From positions 288,001 through 352,000 of the forward strand of contig CAXXLV010000001.1 in NCBI GenBank assembly GCA_963664305.2: a stretch of 64,000 bases of DNA, read 5' to 3'. Position 1 is the first letter of the stretch, and each line of letters begins with the position of its first letter. The position numbers and the translations under genes were made by a program. Under the pieces are notes generated by a model. The model had not been told where the DNA came from and ran no database searches. It saw only the letters and a list, made by a program, of their open reading frames with translations. Source of the DNA: an uncultured Aliarcobacter sp. (GTDB lineage: Bacteria > Campylobacterota > Campylobacteria > Campylobacterales > Arcobacteraceae). This document shows, piece by piece, positions 37,955 to 57,407 of the stretch.

Positions 37955-38242
37955 TTAATTTTTTGGTAGTAGTTTAATTGGAACGATTTGAAATTCATCC
38001 ATATTCCAAACATTGTTTTTAACATATGGTTCATTCTCTAACCACTCATCAATTTCTTCATCTGTATCAAAATCAACAAGTAAAGTTGAACCAACCATTA
38101 CTTCATCTTCAATTAATGCACCAGCACTAATAATTTTACCTTCAGCCATTAATTTTCTTGTACCTTCAACGTGAGCATCTCTTACAGCTAGTCTTCTTTC
38201 AAGAGCATTATCGTTATCATAGGCAATTACTAAATATTGCAT
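37955..38242 (-). CDS. YciI family protein
   Basis: RRLAVR.AH, AG, GS, EPY motifs. Confidence 0.8.
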   Translation of the reverse strand: MQYLVIAYDNDNALERRLAVRDAHVEGTRKLMAEGKIISAGALIEDEVMVGSTLLVDFDTDEEIDEWLENEPYVKNNVWNMDEFQIVPIKLLPKN

Positions 38243-38308
38243 GGTATATATCCTTTTTTATTTAATTTTAGCATTCTATCATAAAAATAAAATGACAAAA
38301 TTAAATTA

Positions 38309-38692
38309 TTACAAAGTAGTTGCAAATAAAAATGTTAATGGATAAATAATTACGTTTAAATATCTAAAAAGGGACGTAATATTTACATTTATTGAAATTA
38401 ATTCATTGATACTTTTGCCATTTAAAAGATTTTTCATCAATGATAATTTAAAGCAAATATCAAAAAACTTTAAAATTAAAATTGAACTCATTAAAAATCC
38501 AAAATTATTAAAATAAAAAGATAAAAAAATAGTATAAAAAAATGATGGATGAAAAAGGAAATATAAAAAAATATTCTTTCTAAAGATAAAAAAATTGTTT
38601 TCAATTAATTCATATAATGTATATGATTTCTGCCATGTAGTCTCAAATAATTCAAGAAGAACAAAGATAAAAAGTAAAGGGATTATTTCCAT
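38309..38692 (-). CDS. Hypothetical membrane protein
   Basis: 127-aa hydrophobic ORF with ELFE..WQK and F.FHP.F motifs; function unknown. Confidence 0.55.
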   Translation of the reverse strand: MEIIPLLFIFVLLELFETTWQKSYTLYELIENNFFIFRKNIFLYFLFHPSFFYTIFLSFYFNNFGFLMSSILILKFFDICFKLSLMKNLLNGKSINELISINVNITSLFRYLNVIIYPLTFLFATTL

Positions 38693-38704
38693 AGTTAGTT
38701 ATTT

Positions 38705-38729
38705 CAATAAGGCTTAAAAAGCCTTATTG
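38705..38729 (-). terminator. Hairpin after rpoC
   Basis: CAATAAGGCTT / AAGCCTTATTG inverted repeat just past the rpoC stop. Confidence 0.6.
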
Positions 38730-38735
38730 TTTGTA

Positions 38736-47424
<8,689 letters not shown>

Positions 47425-47458
47425 TTAAGTTTGCTTTTTATTTATATAAAGCACAAAA

Positions 47459-47548
47459 GCATCCATAAAGGATAAGGTTAAAATTTCCTAAAATTTTAAC
47501 CTTAACCCTCAAAGATGCTGAACTTATATACAGGGAAAACCCTGTATA
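47459..47548 (-). terminator. rplL-rpoB intergenic stem-loops (terminator/attenuator)
   Basis: TATACAGGG/CCCTGTATA hairpin and a longer AAGGTTAAAATTT/AAATTTTAACCTT hairpin. Confidence 0.6.
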
Positions 47549-47569
47549 ACAGTCAATAATTATAAATAA

Positions 47570-47941
47570 TTATTTAATTTCTACTTTTGCACCAGCTGCT
47601 TCTAAAGCTGCTTTAGCTGCTTCAGCGTCAGCTTTAGAGATTCCTTCTTTAATTGTTGAAGGAGTTTGCTCAGCTGCATCTTTAGCTTCTTTTAATCCTA
47701 AACCAGTTAATGCTCTGATTTCTTTAATAACATTGATTTTTTTGTCACCTGAATCTAAGATAACAACATCAAATTCAGTTTTTTCTTCAGCAGCTTCAAC
47801 AGCAGCTACAGCACCACCAGCAACTGCTACAGGTTGAGCAGATACACCAAATTTTTCTTCAAATTCTTTTACTAATTCTGATAATTCTAATACAGATAAA
47901 CCAGAGATAAATTCTAAAACGTCTTCTTTAGAAATTGCCAT
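47570..47941 (-). CDS. rplL: 50S ribosomal protein L7/L12
   Basis: [25 protein letters not shown]. Confidence 0.98.
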   Translation of the reverse strand: MAISKEDVLEFISGLSVLELSELVKEFEEKFGVSAQPVAVAGGAVAAVEAAEEKTEFDVVILDSGDKKINVIKEIRALTGLGLKEAKDAAEQTPSTIKEGISKADAEAAKAALEAAGAKVEIK

Positions 47942-47991
47942 TTCATTTTCCTTATTATATTTTTTTATTTTTATATTAATAGCTTAAATAA

Positions 47992-48480
47992 TTAAGCTGC
48001 CTCTTCTTCTTTTTTTCTTCTAAGTGCATCAAGACCGATAGTAAAGTTTCTAACAGGCCCCATCCATACAGATGCAAGCATACCAAGAAGTTCTTCTCTT
48101 GATGGTAATTTAGCAAACGCATTAACAGTAGCAAAGTCAGCAATTTTACCTTCGATAATCCCTGATTTAATAGCAAATTTTTCTTTGTTAGATGATGCAA
48201 ATTTATCAGCTACTTTACAAGCTGAGATTTGATCTTCTGACCATAAGAAAATGTTTGTACCACTTAATTCAACATCACCAAGTTCTGCATTTTTAACAGC
48301 AACAGTAACTAAAGTATTTTTAGCAACTTGAACTTTAGTATTATTAGCTCTAGCTTCTTTTCTTAAAGATTCTAATTCTTTATGAGTTAATCCTTTGTAA
48401 TCACAAACAACAACCGCTAAAGAAGATTTGAACTCATCTGTTAAAAAATTAATAATTTCTGATTTTTCTTGTCTAGTCAT
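47992..48480 (-). CDS. rplJ: 50S ribosomal protein L10
   Basis: DYKGL, KNTL, AKLPSREEL; operon position. Confidence 0.97.
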   Translation of the reverse strand: MTRQEKSEIINFLTDEFKSSLAVVVCDYKGLTHKELESLRKEARANNTKVQVAKNTLVTVAVKNAELGDVELSGTNIFLWSEDQISACKVADKFASSNKEKFAIKSGIIEGKIADFATVNAFAKLPSREELLGMLASVWMGPVRNFTIGLDALRRKKEEEAA

Positions 48481-48494
48481 TTTTTTCTCCTCCC

Positions 48495-48560
48495 TTCAAA
48501 ACATCGACTTAGGCGGGACTTACAAGAAACGGAGGTGTCTCTTACCAGCTGTCTTCAGTT
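48495..48560 (-). promoter_or_regulatory. Probable L10(L12)4-binding mRNA leader
   Basis: Minus strand AAGACAGCTGG...CCCGCCTAAGTC upstream of rplJ resembles the L10 leader kink-turn core; bounds approximate. Confidence 0.55.
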
Positions 48561-48645
48561 TTATTTCAGTGCTTTGAATAACACTCAATAATAAAGATTA
48601 AATCTTCATTATTGAATGCTAAAAAAAAATTAGATAAGGTAAACC

Positions 48646-49344
48646 TTATCTAATTTCCATAATTTCCATGTTATCTAAAATAATAGATGGACTCATTGTT
48701 AACGATATAGCTGCATTAGTGATATATCTACCTTTTGCAGTTGAAGGTTTAGCTTTATTGATAGCTGCGATAAATGCTGCTGCATTTTCTCTAATAGCTT
48801 CTGCTGAAAATGAAACTTTTCCAATTCCTGCTTGCATATTACCTTTTTTATCAACTCTATATGTAACTTGACCACCTTTAGCATCATTAACTGCTTTAGT
48901 AACATCCATAGTTACAGTTCCTGTTTTAGGATTTGGCATTAAACCTTTTGGCCCAAGTATTCTTCCTACTTTACCAACAATTCCCATACAATCAGGAGTT
49001 GCGATTAAAACATCAAAATTGATGTTTCCAGCTTGAATAGCTTCTGCTAAATCATCATTACCAACAACATCTGCACCAGCAGCTTTTGCTTCATCCAATT
49101 TTAAACCTTTTGCAAATACTGCAACTCTTACAGTTTTACCTGTACCATTTGGAAGAACAACTGCACCTCTAATCATTTGGTCAGCATGTCTTGGATCTAC
49201 ATTTAAGTTAAGTGCAATTTCAACACTTTCGTCAAATTTAGCTGATTTTAATTCTTTTACTCTTTCACAAGCTTCAGCTAAAGAATATTTTTTATTTTCA
49301 ATTTTCTCTGCTAATGCTTTATATCTTTTTGAAACTTTTGCCAT
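48646..49344 (-). CDS. rplA: 50S ribosomal protein L1
   Basis: [22 protein letters not shown]. Confidence 0.98.
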   Translation of the reverse strand: MAKVSKRYKALAEKIENKKYSLAEACERVKELKSAKFDESVEIALNLNVDPRHADQMIRGAVVLPNGTGKTVRVAVFAKGLKLDEAKAAGADVVGNDDLAEAIQAGNINFDVLIATPDCMGIVGKVGRILGPKGLMPNPKTGTVTMDVTKAVNDAKGGQVTYRVDKKGNMQAGIGKVSFSAEAIRENAAAFIAAINKAKPSTAKGRYITNAAISLTMSPSIILDNMEIMEIR

Positions 49345-49421
49345 TTTTATCTCCGCAATTTTATTATTTTGCTACCGCCATTATAGAGTCCGGTGGTAAG
49401 ACTTTCTCAAAACAGAATTTA

Positions 49422-49847
49422 TTATAATTCTGTTTCAATACCAATTGATCTAGCTGAACCAGCAACAATTTTAGCTGCAACTTCTCTATCATCTGTATTT
49501 AAATCTTTGATTTTTAAATCAACGATTTCCATAATTTGATCTTTAGAAAGTTTTCCAACTTTGTTTTTAAGTGGATTACTTGAACCAGTTTTAACACCAG
49601 AGATTTTTTTAATTAAATCTGTCATTGGTGGTTGTTTTAATTCAAATGTAAAACTTTTATCTGTATAAACAGTGATAACTACAGGAATTCTATATCCTGC
49701 TTTCTCTTTTGTTTTTTCATTAAAAGCTTTACAAAATTCCATAATATTAACACCTCTTTGACCTAAAGCTGGTCCAACTGGTGGTGATGGATTTGCAGCA
49801 CCCGCAGGTATCTGTAATTTAATTAGCCCTTGAATTTTTTTAGCCAT
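49422..49847 (-). CDS. rplK: 50S ribosomal protein L11
   Basis: [24 protein letters not shown]. Confidence 0.98.
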   Translation of the reverse strand: MAKKIQGLIKLQIPAGAANPSPPVGPALGQRGVNIMEFCKAFNEKTKEKAGYRIPVVITVYTDKSFTFELKQPPMTDLIKKISGVKTGSSNPLKNKVGKLSKDQIMEIVDLKIKDLNTDDREVAAKIVAGSARSIGIETEL

Positions 49848-49941
49848 GCTATTCCTTTAAAAATATTTTAATGATTAGACATTAGGTAAAAAAACTATGT
49901 TAAGAAGCTAGTTTTTTTGCCTAATGCCTATATTTGAAATA

Positions 49942-50469
49942 TCAAATAACTCTTTCTACTTGAGTATATGATATTTCCACAGGAGTGTTTCTTCCAAAAA
50001 TAGAAACATTTAATTTTAATAATCCAGAAACCATATCGAAATCTTCAACTATTCCATTGAAGTTTGCGAAAGGTCCTTCATTAATTCTCACCATTTCACC
50101 TTCATCAAATGAAACTTTTGGTTTAGCCGCTGCTCTATTTTTTACTTTTTCTAAAATAAGATTAATATCTTTATCTGATAAAGCTGTTGGTTTTTTAGAT
50201 TCACCGATGAATCTTCCTACTTTTGGCATTGATTGAATTCTATGCCATAATCCTGTATCTAAATCAATTTTTGCAAAAGCATATGCAGGATATAAAGGTC
50301 TTTCAACTATTGTTTTTTTACCTTTTTTAATTTCAATTAAATCTTCAGTTGGAACTAAAACTTCTGCTATTCTATCATCTGCCATTTCTTCAGCTAATTT
50401 TACTAAAGCTTTTTTAACAGATAATTCACTACCAGAATAAGTTTGTATTGCATACCATTTATGTGCCAT
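49942..50469 (-). CDS. nusG: Transcription termination/antitermination factor NusG
   Basis: WY...YSG.E, GPFANFNG KOW motif, IFGR.TPVE. Confidence 0.97.
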   Translation of the reverse strand: MAHKWYAIQTYSGSELSVKKALVKLAEEMADDRIAEVLVPTEDLIEIKKGKKTIVERPLYPAYAFAKIDLDTGLWHRIQSMPKVGRFIGESKKPTALSDKDINLILEKVKNRAAAKPKVSFDEGEMVRINEGPFANFNGIVEDFDMVSGLLKLNVSIFGRNTPVEISYTQVERVI

Positions 50470-50478
50470 TTGGTTCCC

Positions 50479-50661
50479 TTAATTTATTATTGAAGATAAG
50501 CTTAATGACATTATTCCATCAATTAGAGCTAAGAATAAAGTAATTACAGTAACCACAATAAAAACTGATAAATATGCTGATCTTATTTGTTCTTTTATAG
50601 GGAAAATAACTTTTAGTAATTCTGCTTTTGCATTAGCATAATAATTTTTAATTTTATTCAC
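50479..50661 (-). CDS. secE: Preprotein translocase SecE
   Basis: EL.KVIFP motif plus one TM helix; likely GTG start at 50661 with GGAG RBS. Confidence 0.9.
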   Translation of the reverse strand: MNKIKNYYANAKAELLKVIFPIKEQIRSAYLSVFIVVTVITLFLALIDGIMSLSLSSIIN

Positions 50662-50743
50662 AGTTGGCTCCAATTTTGATTACTACTATTTAAGCTTTTA
50701 AATTCTTTCAAAAAAAGAGAGTACTTCTTTTAAAAAAATTTAG

Positions 50744-50819
50744 TGGCAGGCCAGGGGGGATTCGAACCCACAACCATCGGATTTGGAATCCGGCGCTCTA
50801 CCATTGGAGCTACTGACCT
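50744..50819 (-). tRNA. tRNA-Trp (CCA)
   Basis: AGGTCAG...CCGGATTCCAAATCCG...TTCGAAT...CTGGCCTGCCA; 76 nt between rpmG and secE. Confidence 0.95.
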
Positions 50820-50827
50820 ACGAGATT

Positions 50828-50857
50828 AAAAGACTTGTAGTTTCCTACAAGTCTTTT
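50828..50857 (-). terminator. Terminator-like hairpin after rpmG
   Basis: AAAAGACTTGTAG / CTACAAGTCTTTT. Confidence 0.7.
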
Positions 50858-50860
50858 ATA

Positions 50861-51031
50861 TTAAGATTTTAATTTTACTTCTTTGTGTAAAGTATGTTTT
50901 TTTAATCTTGGACAATATTTTTTAACTTCAAACTTTTCAGTGTGAGTTTTTGGGTTTTTCCAAGTAGTGTAGTTAATATCTCCACTCTCTTGGCATTTTA
51001 ATCCAATTTTAATTCTTACTGCATTTGCCAT
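50861..51031 (-). CDS. rpmG: 50S ribosomal protein L33 (56 aa; not in ORF track)
   Basis: Manual translation [56 protein letters not shown]; canonical position after tuf. Confidence 0.95.
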   Translation of the reverse strand: MANAVRIKIGLKCQESGDINYTTWKNPKTHTEKFEVKKYCPRLKKHTLHKEVKLKS

Positions 51032-51042
51032 TTACTAAATCC

Positions 51043-52251
51043 TTATTCAATGATTTCAGCAACAACTCCAGCACCTACAGTTCTACCACCTTCTCTAATA
51101 GCAAACTTTGTACCTTTGTCTAGAGCAATTGGAGCAACTAATTCAACTGTCATTTCTACGTTATCACCAGGCATAACCATTTCTACACCCTCTGGTAAAG
51201 TACAAGAACCTGTAACGTCTGTTGTTCTTACATAGAATTGTGGTCTATATCCTGAGAAGAATGGAGTATGTCTTCCACCTTCCTCTTTAGAAAGGATATA
51301 CACTTCGCATCTGAATTTAGTATGTGGAGTAATTGTTTTAGGTTTACATAAAACTTGTCCTCTTTCTACTTCTTCTTTTTTGATACCTCTTAAAAGAATA
51401 CCGCAGTTATCACCAGCTTGACCTTGTTCCATTTCTTTTCTGAACATCTCAACACCTGTTACAGTAGTTGTTTTAGTATCAGAGAATCCAACGATCTCAA
51501 TAGTTTCACCTACTTTGATTGTTCCTTTTTCAATTCTTCCAGTAACAACAGTTCCTCTTCCTGAGATAGAGAATACGTCTTCAACTGGCATTAAGAAATC
51601 TTGATCAACATCTCTTTCTGGAGTTGGAATATAAGTATCTACTGCTTCCATTAAAGCAACAACTTTTTCTCCCCAAACACCAACTGTACCAGCTTTAGCT
51701 TCTTCTAATGCTTGGAATGCAGAACCTGCAATAATTGGAGTGTCATCACCTGGGAAATCATAAGTAGATAATAATTCTCTAATTTCCATTTCAACTAATT
51801 CTAACATTTCATCTCTATCTTGAGGGTCAAGTTGATCTTCTTTGTTCATAAATACAACGATGTATGGAACTCCAACTTGTTTAGATAATAAGATGTGCTC
51901 TCTTGTTTGTGCCATTGGTCCATCTGTTGCAGCAATAACTAAGATTGCTCCGTCCATTTGAGCAGCACCAGTAATCATGTTTTTAACGTAGTCCGCGTGT
52001 CCTGGACAATCAACGTGTGCATAGTGTCTATTTGCTGTTTCATACTCAATGTGAGAAGTAGCAATAGTAATTCCTCTTTCTCTTTCTTCTGGAGCATTGT
52101 CGATTTGATCATAATCTTTCATCTCTCCACCATATTTAACTGCAAGAACAGCAGAAATAGCAGCTGTTAAAGTAGTTTTACCGTGGTCAACGTGTCCAAT
52201 TGTACCGATGTTAACGTGTGGCTTATTTCTTGAAAATTTTTCTTTTGCCAT
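51043..52251 (-). CDS. tuf: Elongation factor Tu
   Basis: [27 protein letters not shown]. Confidence 0.99.
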   Translation of the reverse strand: MAKEKFSRNKPHVNIGTIGHVDHGKTTLTAAISAVLAVKYGGEMKDYDQIDNAPEERERGITIATSHIEYETANRHYAHVDCPGHADYVKNMITGAAQMDGAILVIAATDGPMAQTREHILLSKQVGVPYIVVFMNKEDQLDPQDRDEMLELVEMEIRELLSTYDFPGDDTPIIAGSAFQALEEAKAGTVGVWGEKVVALMEAVDTYIPTPERDVDQDFLMPVEDVFSISGRGTVVTGRIEKGTIKVGETIEIVGFSDTKTTTVTGVEMFRKEMEQGQAGDNCGILLRGIKKEEVERGQVLCKPKTITPHTKFRCEVYILSKEEGGRHTPFFSGYRPQFYVRTTDVTGSCTLPEGVEMVMPGDNVEMTVELVAPIALDKGTKFAIREGGRTVGAGVVAEIIE

Positions 52252-52471
52252 AGAATTCCCCTTCTAAATTTTTGGTTATTGCCCTCTGAGTAGATAAGCC
52301 ACTAGGCTTCTCTATTCAGAGGGGATTTATTATCAATTTTATTAAAAACAAAATCGTGTTGCGTATTATATTTAAAAAATACTAAAAAAAACTTTAATGG
52401 GAGATAAATTATTATAGAGTTATAAAAAATCTGTGCTTATAACTCAGCTCCCAGTAATCAATAAAAATAAA

Positions 52472-52548
52472 TGGAGCGGGAGACGAGACTCGAACTCGCG
52501 ACAGTCTGCTTGGAAGGCAGAAGCTCTAGCCAACTGAGCTACTCCCGC
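52472..52548 (-). tRNA. tRNA-Gly (TCC)
   Basis: GCGGGAG...TCTGCCTTCCAAGCAGA...CTCCCGCTCCA. Confidence 0.96.
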
Positions 52549-52558
52549 AACATTTGCG

Positions 52559-52643
52559 TGGTGGTGAGAGAAGGATTCGAACCTTCGAAGCCGTAGGCGG
52601 CGGATTTACAGTCCGCAGGATTTGACCACTCTCCAACCTCACC
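52559..52643 (-). tRNA. tRNA-Tyr (GTA)
   Basis: GCGGACTGTAAATCCGC anticodon arm, long variable arm, CCA end. Confidence 0.96.
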
Positions 52644-52703
52644 GATTAAAATATTATTGTTCTGGTCAAGCGCTGTTCTTAAAAGATTACGCACGACATA
52701 AAA

Positions 52704-52780
52704 TGGAGCTGGTGAAGGGAGTCGAACCCCCGACCTGCTGATTACAAATCAGCTGCTCTAGCCAACTGAGCTACACCAGC
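52704..52780 (-). tRNA. tRNA-Thr (TGT)
   Basis: GCTGATTTGTAATCAGC anticodon arm, CCA end. Confidence 0.96.
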
Positions 52781-52794
52781 GCCAAAAAATAAAA

Positions 52795-52870
52795 TGGTGG
52801 TTCGAGACAGAATCGAACTGTCGACACAAGGATTTTCAATCCTTTGCTCTACCGACTGAGCTATCGAACC
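52795..52870 (-). tRNA. tRNA-Phe (GAA)
   Basis: AAGGATTGAAAATCCTT anticodon arm, CCA end. Confidence 0.96.
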
Positions 52871-52905
52871 ACTGAAATTGGAGTGTGATTATACTAGCTA
52901 TATTA

Positions 52906-54084
52906 TTAATTTAAACTTAAACTACCAACTAAATTTTTAAATTCATCTCCACGATGAGCATAAGACTTAAATTGATCCAATGAAGCTGCAGCTGGAGACA
53001 ATATTCCTATGCTTTTTTCATTCATACTATCATTCATTTTTTCAACGGCAATACTTAAAAAATCACATTTTTCAACATTTATTGAATATTCTTTACAATA
53101 ATCAACTATTTTATCTGTATTACTTCCAATTGCATAAACAGTTAAATCTAGTTCTTTTATATTTTCAAATAAAGGTCTTAAATTTGCACCTTTATCATCG
53201 CCACCTAATATAAGATGTAAATTATCTTTTCTATATGGTGTTAAGCCATTTATAGTTGCATCAACATTTGTTGCTTTACTATCATCAATCCATAATCTAT
53301 TTTTTTTATCAAAAAATTCTTCTACTTTATGTTTATCTATTTTAAATTGGTTTATTAACTCATAATTAATTTCATCAAATATAATCTTTCTTGTAGCCAT
53401 TGCTAAAATTGCATCTAAAAGAAATGGTTCTTTAAAATTTATTTTAGATTTATCAAAACCAAAATGATTAGATAATTCATCACTATTATTATATGTAATT
53501 ACATGTGCATCAGTTTTAAAATTTTTAAATTCAGCTGGAATAATTGCTACATCATTCTCATTCATTAACTCAAGTGGTTTTAATTTTGCATTTTTATACT
53601 CTTCAAAAGAACCATGCCAAGTTATATGATCTTCAGTTATTGGTAATAATAAATAAATATTAGGTTTTGATTTATAAGTATAATGTAATGTAAAAGATGA
53701 AGTTTCTAAAATCCATATCTTTTTATTTTCATCTAAATGACTTAATGGTATTCCAATATTCCCACCACAAACAGAATCATACTCATTTAATAAATGTTGA
53801 CACATTTGTGTTGTAGTTGTTTTTCCATTAGTCCCAGATATCCAAATTGAAAAAGGCATAACTTCTTCAAATAAGTCATAATCACTAATCACATTATTTG
53901 AATTTAAAACCATTTGATTGTAAGGTGGAATTCCAGGACTTACAACTGTTAATTCATCAGAATCTTTATCATAAGTATCAAAATCTTTATCATCATAAAG
54001 TGTAGCATTAGGAAATTTATCTTTTAAAGCTAAAGCTGTAATTCCTTTCCCTAAAATTCTTATTTTTTTGTTATTTATTTTCAT
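52906..54084 (-). CDS. murD: UDP-MurNAc-L-Ala:D-Glu ligase
   Basis: SPGIP, GTNGKTTT, GGNIG, ETSSF, DDSKATN, LSPAAASLDQF. Confidence 0.95.
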   Translation of the reverse strand: MKINNKKIRILGKGITALALKDKFPNATLYDDKDFDTYDKDSDELTVVSPGIPPYNQMVLNSNNVISDYDLFEEVMPFSIWISGTNGKTTTTQMCQHLLNEYDSVCGGNIGIPLSHLDENKKIWILETSSFTLHYTYKSKPNIYLLLPITEDHITWHGSFEEYKNAKLKPLELMNENDVAIIPAEFKNFKTDAHVITYNNSDELSNHFGFDKSKINFKEPFLLDAILAMATRKIIFDEINYELINQFKIDKHKVEEFFDKKNRLWIDDSKATNVDATINGLTPYRKDNLHLILGGDDKGANLRPLFENIKELDLTVYAIGSNTDKIVDYCKEYSINVEKCDFLSIAVEKMNDSMNEKSIGILSPAAASLDQFKSYAHRGDEFKNLVGSLSLN

Positions 54085-54094
54085 TACTTTTTCT

Positions 54095-55156
54095 TTATCT
54101 GATTTTTAAACTTAATAAAGCTACTAAGTTTGTCATAAATGCAATAATCCAAAATCTTACAATGATTTTATTTTCTTTCCAACCTTTTTTCTCGAAATGG
54201 TGATGAATAGGTGCCATTAAAAATATTCTTTTTTGTCTTAATTTATAAGAGCCAACTTGTAATATTACAGATACTGTTTCTAATACAAATATAAATCCAA
54301 TTGCTAATAATAATATTTCTGATTTCGCAACTATTGCCATGTATCCCATAAATGCACCTAAAGGTAAAGAACCTGAATCACCCATAAATATCTCTGCTGG
54401 ATGAGAATTAAACCATAAGAATCCAATCAATGCTCCACATATTGCGCTTCCCATGATTGCTAATTCACCTACAGTTTGAATATTTGGTAATAATAAATAA
54501 GTTGAAAATATCGCATGACCTGTTACATAAGCTAAAACTGATAATGTAAAAAATGCAAGTATTGAGGGAACTGTTGCCAAACCATCTAGTCCATCAGTTA
54601 AATTAACAGCATTTGATGTACCAACAATAATAAACATCCAAAATACAACTGCTAAAATTCCCATATCAAAAACTGGATATTTGTAAAATGGTGTATATAA
54701 CTCACTTGAATGTCCATAATGATAAGCAATAAATGAGATAATTGCAGCACAAAGGAATTGTAGCATCAATTTTGCTCTAGCACTTAAACCAGCAGAGTTT
54801 TTCTCTTTTGATATTTTTGAATAATCATCTTGTATACCAATTAATGAAAAAAGCGCTAAACAAAGTAATCCACCAACAACATAATAGTTACTTAATTTTG
54901 CTGTTAATATCGTTGCAATAATTGTTGCAAATATAAATACAACTCCACCCATAGTTGGTGTACCTACTTTTGTTTGATGAGATTCTGGTGCATACTCATA
55001 TATAGGTTGAGAAGCTTTTTTTGCCCTTGCCCAACGAATAAATTTTGGCATTAAATACATTGTTAAAACAAAAGCTATAAAAAAACTCATTCCAGCTCGA
55101 ACTGAAATATATTGAAAGATATTGATATCTAGATGTCTGTAAAACCAATAAAACAA
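54095..55156 (-). CDS. mraY: Phospho-MurNAc-pentapeptide translocase
   Basis: [34 protein letters not shown]. Confidence 0.97.
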   Translation of the reverse strand: MFYWFYRHLDINIFQYISVRAGMSFFIAFVLTMYLMPKFIRWARAKKASQPIYEYAPESHQTKVGTPTMGGVVFIFATIIATILTAKLSNYYVVGGLLCLALFSLIGIQDDYSKISKEKNSAGLSARAKLMLQFLCAAIISFIAYHYGHSSELYTPFYKYPVFDMGILAVVFWMFIIVGTSNAVNLTDGLDGLATVPSILAFFTLSVLAYVTGHAIFSTYLLLPNIQTVGELAIMGSAICGALIGFLWFNSHPAEIFMGDSGSLPLGAFMGYMAIVAKSEILLLAIGFIFVLETVSVILQVGSYKLRQKRIFLMAPIHHHFEKKGWKENKIIVRFWIIAFMTNLVALLSLKIR

Positions 55157-55223
55157 ACTTGAACCTTGATTTTGATATAATTGCGCGATTATAATATATA
55201 ATACTTTTTAAAAGGTTTAAATA

Positions 55224-56699
55224 ATGACAAATAAAACACTACTTATAATAACTGATGGAATTGGTTATAACTCATCAAATGAGTATAATGCTTTTTTCAG
55301 TGCAAATACTCCAACTTATGATTATTTATTTAAAAATGTTCCTTACTCATTAATTCACACTTATGGAAATTTTGTTGGTCTTCCAGATGGACAAATGGGA
55401 AATAGTGAAGTTGGACACATGACTATTGGAAGTGGAAGAATTTTATATCAAGATTTAGTAAAAATAAATATTGCTATTGAAAAAAATACTTTAAAAGATA
55501 ATGAAATTTTAAAAAATAATATTAATTCATCAAATAATATTCATCTTCTTGGATTATTAAGTGACGGTGGTGTTCACTCTCATATTGACCACATTATTGC
55601 AATGGCAAAAATTGCAAAAGAATTTAATAAAAAAGTATTTATACATATTATTACAGATGGTAGAGATGTAGCTCCTGATTGTGCACAAAAATATATAAAT
55701 CAAATTTTAGAGATTTGTGATGAAGATATAAAAATTGCAACTATTGCTGGAAGATATTATACAATGGATAGAGATAATAGATGGGATAGAGTTAAAAAAG
55801 GTTATGATGCAATGACATTTGCAACTCCTTCAACTACAAGTGACATTTCATCTTATTTAAAAGATTCATATGAAAACCAAATCTTTGATGAATTTATTGT
55901 TCCAACTGCATTTGAAGGATATGAAGGTATAAAAGAGAATGATGGAATAATTTTTTGTAATTTTAGAAGTGATAGAATGAGAGAAATTTCTTCTGTTTTT
56001 GCAAATAAAAATTTTAATGAATTTGATACATTTAAAGGTTCACTAAATCTTGCAACTATGACACAATATGATAAAAATACACCTATTCCAGTTTTATTTC
56101 CTAAAGAATCTCCAAAAAATACTTTAGCTGAAGTAATTTCAAATGCTGGTTTATCTCAACTTCATACTGCTGAAACAGAAAAATACGCTCACGTTACATT
56201 TTTCTTTAATGGAGGAGTTGAAGAACCTATGTTAAATGAAACAAGAGTTTTAATTCCTTCACCTCAAGTTGCAACATATGATTTACAACCTGAAATGTCT
56301 GCACCTCAAGTTGGAGATGCTGTTAGAACTGCTATGAATAATAATACAGATTTTATAGTTGTTAATTTTGCAAATGGTGATATGGTTGGGCATACTGGTG
56401 TATTTGATGCAGCTGTAAAAGCTGTTGAAGCTGTTGATTATGAATTAGGTTTAATTTTTGAACTTGCAAAAAAACAAAATTACAATATTGTACTAACATC
56501 TGACCATGGAAACTGTGAAATGATGAAAGATGAAGATGGAAATATTCTGACAAATCATACAGTTGGAGATGTTTATTGTTTCGTTTATGCAAATGATGTA
56601 AAAGAGGTTAAAACTGGAAGTTTAAATAATATTGCTCCTACAGTTTTAAAATTGATGAATTTAGAAATCCCTCAAGAGATGGATGAACCATTAATATAA
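55224..56699 (+). CDS. gpmI: 2,3-BPG-independent phosphoglycerate mutase
   Basis: GQMGNSEVGH, DGRD, AETEKYAHVT, DMVGH, DHGN. Confidence 0.96.
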   Translation: MTNKTLLIITDGIGYNSSNEYNAFFSANTPTYDYLFKNVPYSLIHTYGNFVGLPDGQMGNSEVGHMTIGSGRILYQDLVKINIAIEKNTLKDNEILKNNINSSNNIHLLGLLSDGGVHSHIDHIIAMAKIAKEFNKKVFIHIITDGRDVAPDCAQKYINQILEICDEDIKIATIAGRYYTMDRDNRWDRVKKGYDAMTFATPSTTSDISSYLKDSYENQIFDEFIVPTAFEGYEGIKENDGIIFCNFRSDRMREISSVFANKNFNEFDTFKGSLNLATMTQYDKNTPIPVLFPKESPKNTLAEVISNAGLSQLHTAETEKYAHVTFFFNGGVEEPMLNETRVLIPSPQVATYDLQPEMSAPQVGDAVRTAMNNNTDFIVVNFANGDMVGHTGVFDAAVKAVEAVDYELGLIFELAKKQNYNIVLTSDHGNCEMMKDEDGNILTNHTVGDVYCFVYANDVKEVKTGSLNNIAPTVLKLMNLEIPQEMDEPLI

Positions 56700-56709
56700 A
56701 AGATTTGTT

Positions 56710-57405
56710 GTGTCATATATAAATATAAAAAATTTAAAAATTTATACAGATGAAAAAACATTAGTAAATTTATCATTTAATATTACTAATTCAACTGCAT
56801 TAATTGGTGAAAGTGGAAGTGGAAAATCTTTAACGCTAAAAGCTTTATTGAATCTTCTTCCAAGTTCAATGAAAATTGATAAAGATATAGATTCTGATTT
56901 TGAATTAAATTATGACTCAATTGCTTTTATTCCTCAAAATCCTTTCACCTCTTTATCATCAATGACAAAAATAAAAAATCAATTCTTTTGTAGTGAAGAA
57001 AAAAAAGAAGAAGTATTAAAACTTTTAGATTTAGATAAATCAATATTAAATAAATTTCCTCCTCAACTAAGTGGTGGACAAATTCAAAGAGTTGTAATAG
57101 CAATTGCTTTAAGTAGAAATGCAAAAATACTTCTACTTGATGAACCAACAACTGCATTAGATTTTGAAAATAAAAACAATATTATTAATATTATTAATAA
57201 TTTAAAAAAACAATTAAATGTTTTAATACTTTTTGTTACACATGATATTGATTCAATAAAAGATATTTGTGATGAGATAATTATTATTAAAAATGGAGAA
57301 ATTATTGAAAATGGTTTAACAAATATTGTTTTATCTTCACCAAAAGAAGATTACACAAAAAGATTGATTAACTCAACTTTTAAAAATAAAAATTTTAGGA
57401 ATTAA
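56710..57405 (+). CDS. ABC transporter ATP-binding protein (Dpp/Opp/Nik-like)
   Basis: GESGSGKS, PQNP, LSGGQ.QR, DEPTTALD, THD. Confidence 0.85.
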   Translation: MSYINIKNLKIYTDEKTLVNLSFNITNSTALIGESGSGKSLTLKALLNLLPSSMKIDKDIDSDFELNYDSIAFIPQNPFTSLSSMTKIKNQFFCSEEKKEEVLKLLDLDKSILNKFPPQLSGGQIQRVVIAIALSRNAKILLLDEPTTALDFENKNNIINIINNLKKQLNVLILFVTHDIDSIKDICDEIIIIKNGEIIENGLTNIVLSSPKEDYTKRLINSTFKNKNFRN

Positions 57406-57407
57406 TT

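Noticed and set aside
50861..51031. L33 with only two cysteines as a zinc-independent paralogue
   Set aside because: It sits at the canonical tuf-rpmG-tRNA-Trp-secE locus, and partial loss of the Zn motif is common.
55178..55200. GCGATT followed by ATAAT in the mraY-gpmI intergenic region as an eighth box
   Set aside because: Only one half-site, no partner 11 bp away, wrong spacing to the -10.
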